DNA from: Eledone cirrhosa
Lineage: Eukaryota
Reading direction: 5' to 3'
Assembly: GCA_964016885.1 (NCBI GenBank)
Contig: CAXHJY010001687.1
Span: forward strand, 62,001 to 126,000
Length of the DNA: 64,000 nt
Shown here: positions 53,602 through 64,000 of the stretch, piece after piece
How positions within the stretch are numbered: position 1 is the first letter of the stretch
How the letters are laid out: each line of letters begins with the position of its first letter
Notes under the pieces: model-generated
What the model was told of the DNA's origin: nothing
Databases searched by the model: none
Seen by the model: the letters and a program-made list of their open reading frames with translations, nothing else
Made by a program: the position numbers and the translations under genes

Positions 53602-56046
53602 ATGCTAATCAAAGACCAACTCCCCATGTCAACCAAGAAAATACCAATACCATCCAGGAATACATATGAGAAATTGATGATCAACAGTGTAAATTCATTT
53701 ATCAATAGAGTGAGATGGAGGGCATTCCATTATGATAGAAACAGATCTAACAACGTGAATAATACTAACCAATTTGACTCCTTCGGTTTTAAAACCTTTA
53801 AAAGCCCCCCTCATAACACACTACTTAACTCCTTTGAAAATGACCTAGTTAAACTAGTTAAGAACATTAAATACAATAAGCACCATATTAGAAGCAACAC
53901 CTTCTTAAACAAACTTAACACCTCTATTAATGGATTCAAAACTAGTAATAAAATTATTGTACACGCAGATAAAACTAATAACATATACAGCCTAGATTAT
54001 AATACTTATAGAAAATTTATATATAATGAACTACATAAAAGCTACAAAAAGACCACCTTGAAAAACTTAGAAGATATTAATATAGAGGGATATAATATAG
54101 TGTCTAAACTAGGACTTCAGAGACTTACACAACCATTCACCCCAAACCCCCCTAGATTCTCTCTGAAGGACCATAAGGAGGACTTCATCAGCAACCCCTC
54201 GATAAGACTTATCTGCCCTTCCAAGTCCGACATTGGTAGTATCAGCAAGAAAATCTTGGATAAAATCATCCCACAAATTAAACACAAGATACACCTTAAA
54301 CAATGGGGAAATACGGGTGAAGTGATTGAATGGTTCAAAGATATCAAGAATAATAAGGACAAAAAATGTATTCAATTTGATATCAATTCATACTACACCT
54401 CTATTTCCCCTATCCTATTAAATAAGGCACTTATCATGGCCATGAACAATAGCGACCTGACTAGAGCCCAGATTGATGTCATCCTTGGGGCCCGTAAAAC
54501 CATAATCACCTTCGAAGACCAACTATGGACACGCAAGGATACGCACAACAACTTCGATATAACCATGGGATCTAGTGACTCGGCGCAAGTCACTGATTTG
54601 GTCGGCCTATACCTTCTCAATGAAATCCATAAGGACCTCCCTTACCTCAACGGTGGTGCACTTCTACTTATAGAATATAAAAAATTTAATATAGAACGAG
54701 CTAGAAAACAATTGCATAAGACATTCAAAAACTTTAACCTTAGTATCACCATGGACAAAAACACTAAAAATGTAAACTTCCTAGACGCCACACTATACCT
54801 AGACTCAAAAATATATACACCTTTCCATAAGCCTAACGAAAAACTCATTTACGTAGATACTAAGTCTAATCACCCTAGATCAATATTAAACTCTATCTCT
54901 AAGGGGGTATCCAATAGAATCTCTAGCCTGTCCTATGACGCAAACATATTTAGCAAAAACTCACAATATTACAATCAAGCATTAGCTAGATCCGGCCATA
55001 ATATAGAAATTGAGTTCCTACCTAAGAAAACACATAGCTACAACATCATCTCGCACAACATGTCCATGAGGAAACCTAATAATAGGAATAGCAACCACAA
55101 GTACACCAAAGCGGAGGGTGCCACCGGAAGTAACCATTACCACGCAAACTACTGTGGTGCCGTAGGAAGCAACAACACACCAAACACTAAAAGCAAAAAT
55201 AGAAGAAGAAATAATACTTTTTTCAACCCTCCTTTCAACCTAAATGTCTCCACCAACATACCTAGGGCTTTCTTCTCACTACTAGATAAAAACTTCCCTC
55301 TAGGACACAAGTACCACAACCTTTTAAACAAAAACACTATTAAAATCTCATACTCTACGACGCCTAACTTAGCATACCACATAGCTAGCAGTAATAAAAA
55401 TAAAATTAATTCTTACTTCCAACAAACGAAATCACAACAGGATCCAAACCTTCTAAATACCACTGTAGCAAGCAACCATAGTAACGGCAGTAACAATAGA
55501 AATAACACTAGTATAAGAAATAACACTGGGGTTGACAACCAGAATGTCCAAAATCCTATAGCTACCACCCAGACTTCTGCACTGCATTATAACCTGCAAA
55601 CTAACACACAGGATAATTGCAACTGTAGAGCTAATAGAACCTGCCCTTTGGATAAAAAATGCCTAACCAAGGATATCATATACTCATGCACCGTCACAAC
55701 TAGCAACTCTTCAGAAACCTATGTAGGCTTCACTTCTAACAGCTTCAAAATCAGATATAATTCGCACATCCACTCGTTCAAAAAGCACAGCCTAGCTAGC
55801 TCCACCTCACTATCTAGCTACATACACTATCTAAAAACTAAAAATAAACCATACACACTCAAATGGGAAGTGATAGGCAGCGCGACTTCGTACAAACCAC
55901 CTAATAAATTTTGTAACCTCTGTATACTAGAGACCCACAATATTATCTTCTCCAACTGTAACCTACTTAACAAAAAATCTGAGGTGTTTGCAACTTGCCA
56001 GCACCGCTTCAGACATTCCTTCCAAAACTTTAAGCCCAATATATAG
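53602..56046 (+). CDS. PLE polyprotein, RT plus GIY-YIG (Naiad-type), lacking the catalytic YxDD motif
   Basis: Colinear with the 45242 ORF (STKKIPIP, ADKT, LKDHK, FDINSYYTSI, FDITMG, NFLDA, CNC..CPL..CL, YVGFT, CNLC) but reads LNGG-ALLL where the other reads LRGGIYRDDGLF. Confidence 0.9.
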   Translation: MLIKDQLPMSTKKIPIPSRNTYEKLMINSVNSFINRVRWRAFHYDRNRSNNVNNTNQFDSFGFKTFKSPPHNTLLNSFENDLVKLVKNIKYNKHHIRSNTFLNKLNTSINGFKTSNKIIVHADKTNNIYSLDYNTYRKFIYNELHKSYKKTTLKNLEDINIEGYNIVSKLGLQRLTQPFTPNPPRFSLKDHKEDFISNPSIRLICPSKSDIGSISKKILDKIIPQIKHKIHLKQWGNTGEVIEWFKDIKNNKDKKCIQFDINSYYTSISPILLNKALIMAMNNSDLTRAQIDVILGARKTIITFEDQLWTRKDTHNNFDITMGSSDSAQVTDLVGLYLLNEIHKDLPYLNGGALLLIEYKKFNIERARKQLHKTFKNFNLSITMDKNTKNVNFLDATLYLDSKIYTPFHKPNEKLIYVDTKSNHPRSILNSISKGVSNRISSLSYDANIFSKNSQYYNQALARSGHNIEIEFLPKKTHSYNIISHNMSMRKPNNRNSNHKYTKAEGATGSNHYHANYCGAVGSNNTPNTKSKNRRRNNTFFNPPFNLNVSTNIPRAFFSLLDKNFPLGHKYHNLLNKNTIKISYSTTPNLAYHIASSNKNKINSYFQQTKSQQDPNLLNTTVASNHSNGSNNRNNTSIRNNTGVDNQNVQNPIATTQTSALHYNLQTNTQDNCNCRANRTCPLDKKCLTKDIIYSCTVTTSNSSETYVGFTSNSFKIRYNSHIHSFKKHSLASSTSLSSYIHYLKTKNKPYTLKWEVIGSATSYKPPNKFCNLCILETHNIIFSNCNLLNKKSEVFATCQHRFRHSFQNFKPNI

Positions 56047-57486
56047 CAATGTCGGACTTGAACCAAACACCGCATCTAGCATCTAACACCAGGGGCACAC
56101 CTTATACCACATACATAACACTAACTGATCAAATATAACACAAACTACGACATCCCTCCGGAACCCTTCGCTGGGAGAATACCCATTTATACCTCTACGT
56201 TAGGGGTGGCAACATCCACCCACTTGAACTGCACTACACCGCTCTATAGGTAATTTAAGCAGGAATTGATTAGTTTGGTGGTGTTGTGAGGAGGTAGTGC
56301 CTTCCTTAGACAGATGAGTAACGATTTAATCTAGTAACGCTGTTGAGCAGTGGGACCGGGACGCTGAGTGCAGAGAATGAATGTATTGCAACTGCCGTGC
56401 GGGTTGTACATATATGGATGGTTTGATGGTCAGAGTGGGGTCATGAGGACTGCGGATTGACCTCTGGCCGGCCCTGATGATGATTACCTTTCGACATCCA
56501 ATGTAGCAAGCGATGACCCAGAACTTACCAGAAACCATTGTGTCTTGGAGTGATTCTGCAATCACCGCGCCTGGTCCTACGAGTAGGGTACAACCACAGG
56601 GATCATTAATTTAGAATCCTCGCTCATCGTCTATAATATTCATTTGTGGCACCCTAGGATGGGGGTTAATTCACCATAATAATACGAACACCTCAGCACA
56701 ACTTAATAAACTACTCTATATTTAAAACACTTTATGCTTTAAAAATTTTTTGGAAGTTGCGCATAACCATAGAAATTAGGGTTTATTTTGAGACATTTCA
56801 ATAGCTAGGTATAGAAACCCCGGAGTTACCTCCCCTCATGCATTAACTCCCCTTAGCCACACACAAACTTCCGGGTGGTATTCAATGTCGTCTCGCGAAA
56901 CGTAACAGCCTCCAGTATTGAACTAATGAACATCGGACTACGATTCTCTAACTGGATTGTCAAACGCTCAATATAGAATTGCCGTGGATTATGTGAGGGG
57001 CATATAATCGAATACACTCCCCCGATCATGAAAATGTCGAAGTACATGAGGTCCTTGTCATCCCTTCACTGTCCATCTCCAATACGTTTAATACTTTTAA
57101 TGCTTGCACTATTTTTAATGCTTATATTGTTTCTCCACACACAGACTATAACAATCATATAAAGAATTTCCCACCAGATCAACCAACCTAACACTCTTCT
57201 TTACCTACCTAAGTGCTTCTACCACACATATCTCTCTGCCACACTATATAAACAAGACGCACGTGCTTGCCACACATAACATTTGCACTATATAACCGCT
57301 TATCTTCATGTTGTATTTTAACCTGTATTTTTGATTTTTGATTGTACCTTTTATTATGAATGTAATCTCGAAGTGTGTACTGCCACTCTAAATTCTGTAA
57401 TGAATGTTGACCCACAATATTTGCATATGTATCGGTATTCTCTTGGCTGAAAAGGAGGTCATATAACTGTCCATTCATTAATAAAT

Positions 57487-57533
57487 TGCTCCGAAGAATC
57501 CAAATCTCGGTTTGGAAGAAACAGCTGTAAGCA
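57487..57533 (+). ncRNA. Hammerhead ribozyme, U4C variant
   Basis: tgct CCGAAGA a tccaaat-ctcg-gtttgga a GAAA cagctg TA agca. Confidence 0.68.
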
Positions 57534-57600
57534 CAATAATGTTTTGAACAGTTCTTTGATTCTTACATTTCATATATATATATATATATATTTATATATT

Positions 57601-57631
<31 letters not shown>

Positions 57632-57696
57632 TTATATATTTATATATATATATATATATTTATAAATATATATATATTTATATATATATATATATT

Positions 57697-58348
57697 TAAT
57701 ATAGATGAGATTCTACAGGACTAGAACTGTTTCATTCTTTAGAAATCATCAGGAATCTGGGTATCAAAAAATAAATATGGTATTTATAGGTCTCTACAAG
57801 TGGTAGGAAAGGGTGGGGAGTGGGATGGGTGTAGGTCATTGGTTGATAGAAAAGGGAATTCATTAAAAGCTAATTCTACAAAGCTATAGTTTATTTTTAT
57901 TTTAATTTCTATTTTAATTTTAATTTTTAGAGTAACAAAGGCAGACAGAATTCTATAAACAGGTTCCGGATGGCATACCATTCCTTGTCATTAAGTTTCT
58001 CTTAAGCTAACAGATGTCTATAAGATCAGTGGGGGGTCAGTCATGGTAGATAGAATTAAAGGAAAGGGAGATTCTTTAAAAGCTAAATTCATTTAGGTTC
58101 TACTAAGTCACAAAGGTTTAGAGAATTCTGTAGACAGATTCAAAATACTGAGTGCATATCTTACAATTATCTTCGAACTTCTCTTAAACTAATCAACTAT
58201 ATGCCAAAAATCAACAGACACATTCACAAAAAAACACACTCACTCACACACTCGCGCGCAACTATAAACACACATACACATACACATATACACAAAAAAA
58301 AACCCCACACACATATATAAATATATTTATATACACATATATACACAC

Positions 58349-58409
<61 letters not shown>

Positions 58410-58412
58410 TAC

Positions 58413-58447
<35 letters not shown>

Positions 58448-58640
58448 TATATACACATATATATATACACTCACACACATACATACATACACACAAATAT
58501 ACATGTGTATACATACATATACACATACATATACATATATACACATATATATATATATATAAATATATATATATAAAAATATACACATATACATATACAC
58601 ACACACATATATACATATATATATACATATACACACACAT

Positions 58641-58685
<45 letters not shown>

Positions 58686-58742
58686 TATATACACATAAAC
58701 AAATATATACATATACATACACACACATACACACATACATAC

Positions 58743-58777
<35 letters not shown>

Positions 58778-58803
58778 TATACACATATATAAGGAAAAAG
58801 CAC

Positions 58804-58880
<77 letters not shown>

Positions 58881-60376
58881 TTTCTGAATTTGTTTAGCAA
58901 GATTCTTTATCTGAAATCGTGTGTTGAAACCGATATTGTTATACTTTGGGAGGGTCATGTTGCCAATAAGAAACACACGCACCAGTTGCTTTCACTTCAA
59001 TTTAATTTATTATATATTTATAAATTTACAAATTTATAAATTTCTGGTTGGTTGGTTGGTTCCACAACCAGATAGTTGTTTATATATATATATAGTCATA
59101 GTTCTTTCGTCACACACTCTGTGACCTCTTCAGTGACTGGGGATTTCCTTCTTCGTTTCTGTGCCTTTCCTTTCTTCTATCCTACGCCATTTTGTTTGTG
59201 TGTGGGTTGCGTGCTCAGTTTGCGCATGCGCCACATCCGGGTGTCTGTGTGTGTTTGTGTTCATTTTTCTATTTTTCTATTTATATTTTTCTATTTGTTT
59301 ATTTATTTATTTATTTATTGTTGGTTGGTTGTTTGTTCTATGTGTGTGTGTGTTTTCATTTTGTCTTGTGTGTGTTTTCATTTTGTGTGTGTTTTCAATT
59401 GTAAGTTGTTTGTTCTATGTGTGTGTGTGCTTTCATTTTGTCCTTAATTGTAAGTTGTGATGTTGCTGTTCCACTCATATTTTCTATTTAATTTTGGTTT
59501 TAATTCTTTTATGCTTACTGCCTCTGTAATTTGCCTAAACATTGCGTCTTTCTTGTGTGTGGATTCTATTTTTATTTCTATGCTCTCTAATTTACCCCTG
59601 TGTTCTATCTTAGCATGTTGGTAGAGCTACCTCTACCAACATGCTAAGATAGAACACAGGGGTAAATTAGAGAGCATAGAAATAAAAATAGAATCCACAC
59701 ACAAGAAAGACGCAATGTTTAGGCAAATTACAGAGGCTGTAAGCATAAAAGAATTAAAACCAAAATTAAATAGAAAATATGAGTGGAACAGCAACATCAC
59801 AACTTACAATTAAGGACAAAATGAAAGCACACACACACATAGAACAAACAACTTACAATTGAAAACACACACAAAATGAAAACACACACAAGACAAAATG
59901 AAAACACACACACACATAGAACAAACAACCAACCAACAATAAATAAATAAATAAATAAACAAATAGAAAAATATAAATAGAAAAATAGAAAAATGAACAC
60001 AAACACACACAGACACCCGGATGTGGCGCATGCGCAAACTGAGCACGCAACCCACACACAAACAAAATGGCGTAGGATAGAAGAAAGGAAAGGCACAGAA
60101 ACGAAGAAGGAAATCCCCAGTCACTGAAGAGGTCACAGAGTGTGTGACGAAAGAACTATGACTATATATATATATAAACAACTATCTGGTTGTGGAACCA
60201 ACCAACCAACCAGAAATTTATAAATTTGTAAATTTATAAATATATAATAAATTAAATTGAAGTGAAAGCAACTGGTGCGTGTGTTTCTTATTGGCAACAT
60301 GACCCTCCCAAAGTATAACAATATCGGTTTCAACACACGATTTCAGATAAAGAATCTTGCTAAACAAATTCAGAAA

Positions 60377-60453
<77 letters not shown>

Positions 60454-60479
60454 GTGCTTTTTCCTTATATATGTGTATA

Positions 60480-60528
<49 letters not shown>

Positions 60529-60575
60529 GTGTATGTGTGTGTATGTATATGTATATATTTGTTTATGTGTATATA

Positions 60576-60616
<41 letters not shown>

Positions 60617-60803
60617 ATGTGTGTGTATATGTATATATATATGCATATATGTGTGTGTGTATATGTATATGTGTGTATTTTTATATATATATATTTATAT
60701 ATATATATATATGTGTATATATGTATATGTATGTGTATATGTATGTATACACATGTATATTTGTGTGTATGTATGTATGTGTGTGAGTGTATATATATAT
60801 GTG

Positions 60804-60844
<41 letters not shown>

Positions 60845-60847
60845 GTA

Positions 60848-60918
<71 letters not shown>

Positions 60919-61570
60919 GTGTGTATATATGTGTATATAAATATATTTATATATGTGTGTGGGGTTTTTTTTTGTGTATATGTGTATGTGTATGTGTGTT
61001 TATAGTTGCGCGCGAGTGTGTGAGTGAGTGTGTTTTTTTGTGAATGTGTCTGTTGATTTTTGGCATATAGTTGATTAGTTTAAGAGAAGTTCGAAGATAA
61101 TTGTAAGATATGCACTCAGTATTTTGAATCTGTCTACAGAATTCTCTAAACCTTTGTGACTTAGTAGAACCTTAATGAATTTAGCTTTTAAAGAATCTCC
61201 CTTTCCTTTAATTCTATCTACCATGACTGACCCCCCACTGATCTTATAGACATCTGTTAGCTTAAGAGAAACTTAATGACAAGGAATGGTATGCCATCCG
61301 GAACCTGTTTATAGAATTCTGTCTGCCTTTGTTACTCTAAAAATTAAAATTAAAATAGAAATTAAAATAAAAATAAACTATAGCTTTGTAGAATTAGCTT
61401 TTAATGAATTCCCTTTTCTATCAACCAATGACCTACACCCATCCCACTCCCCACCCTCTCCTACCACTTGTAGAGACCTATAAATACCATATTTATTTTT
61501 TGATACCCAGATTCCTGATGATTTCTAAAGAATGAAACAGTTCTAGTCCTGTAGAATCTCATCTATATTA
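57697..61570. repeat. 3.9-kb palindrome (arms about 1.93 kb, spacer CTAC at 59627-59630) made of two PLE ends and a TA/TG microsatellite
   Basis: Mirror ORFs in the track; right arm = GIY-YIG end and pLTR of the 26220 family (59631-60378, hammerhead 60119-60163, mirror 59094-59138), microsatellite, then a second pLTR continuing to 61648. Confidence 0.95.
61509..61559 (+). ncRNA. Hammerhead ribozyme (mirror copy 57708-57758)
   Basis: agattc CTGATGA t ttct-aa-agaa t GAAA cag-ttctagtc-ctg TA gaatct. Confidence 0.8.
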
Positions 61571-61657
61571 TAACTTTTATACTCTGCAATGTATTGAGTA
61601 CCTTACTTACTGTGGTTACCTCCGATTCAACCCGGAATAACGTACTATATATATATT

Positions 61658-61706
<49 letters not shown>

Positions 61707-61724
61707 ATATATATTTATATATAA

Positions 61725-62175
61725 AATATTAAAAAAATAATGAATAAAACAATGAAACAGTTCCTTATAATAAACAAAAAAAGTTCATTATTTAACGATC
61801 GTTTCTAGGATATGTATGTGTTAGAATTAGCATGCATATTCAACAGATCTATGTACAAAATTATACAAAATTATACAAACTATCAAAATTAAATATACAT
61901 ACCAAACACATATATATGCCGTCTTCAGAAATAATTCTAACACATATATATCCTAGAAACGATCGTTAAATAATGAACTTTTTTTGTTTAATATAAGGAA
62001 CTGTTTCATTGTTTTATTCATTATTTTTTTAATATTTTATCTTGACTCTGTATTCCGTTTATCTTTCACCGAAAGTGATTTTTCATTGCATCTCTTCTTT
62101 CCATGATATCCGGATTACATTGAGTTCTTCATACGGATTGGACACTACCGTAAACTCTTGGTAGATTTATCTACA
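61725..62175. mobile_element. Fold-back pLTR, family of 37781 and 49280
   Basis: Inverted arm 61725-61935 with full hammerhead; forward arm 61935-62175 carries the 3' half and element end. Confidence 0.8.
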
Positions 62176-62211
62176 TATATTTATATATATATATTTATAT
62201 ATATATATATA

Positions 62212-63769
<1,558 letters not shown>

Positions 63770-63810
63770 TTGGCTCCTTCGGTTGAGCACTCTACTGACT
63801 TATATTCATC

Positions 63811-64000
63811 ATGCAGAAACAACATCTGAATATTTCTACAAAGAACATACCCGTACCAAGCAGGAAAACATACCTAAAACTCCTGATACAGAAAACAGAC
63901 GCGTTCATTAAAAGGTTGCGTTGGCGTGCCTTTTATTTCGATAATCCGCGAAAAGCAGACAACAAACGGGATAAATTTGGATTTAAAACTTATAATGACC
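63811..64000 (+). CDS. N-terminus of a third Naiad-type PLE ORF (runs off the window)
   Basis: MQKQHLNISTKNIPVPSRKTYLKLLIQKTDAFIKRLRWRAFYFD..FGFKT matches the N-termini of the 45242 and 53602 ORFs. Confidence 0.88.
   Translation, partial: MQKQHLNISTKNIPVPSRKTYLKLLIQKTDAFIKRLRWRAFYFDNPRKADNKRDKFGFKTYND

Larger units (their letters stand above)
53543..57572 (+). mobile_element. Naiad-type Penelope-like element in (TA)n
   Basis: Long ORF, 1.4-kb 3' UTR, terminal hammerhead variant; TA tracts both sides. Confidence 0.9.

Noticed and set aside
56474-56552. CTGATGA...GAAA...GTC as an extra hammerhead
   Set aside because: No convincing stem I or stem II.

Overview
AT-rich metazoan genomic DNA; the mix of (TA)n microsatellites, RTE/CR1 LINEs, tRNA-derived SINEs and Penelope-like elements (PLEs) resembles an octopod cephalopod (inference, not verified). 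The only host gene seen is the last three exons (UBA, acidic linker, RING) of an IAP/BIRC-type gene at 1.3-6.1 kb. Directly downstream lies a degraded, polyadenylated retrocopy of a class I (F-type) fusion glycoprotein mRNA: signal peptide, KR/FAGLILG fusion peptide, heptad repeat, TM anchor. It sits between two inverted PLE-type ends and is a candidate endogenous viral element captured by PLE machinery. The rest is a nest of insertions into (TA)n: two long Naiad-type PLE ORFs (one lacking the RT YxDD motif), the start of a third, other GIY-YIG PLEs, many fold-back pLTR fragments and a 3.9-kb palindrome. At least four non-coding, circularly permuted, hammerhead-bearing retrozyme-like families occur (units 316, 553, 567 and 999 nt). 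About 30 hammerhead motifs were read by eye, many with non-canonical cores or large stem insertions. Coordinates were counted manually and may be off by a few bases; family names come from motif recognition, not database searches.
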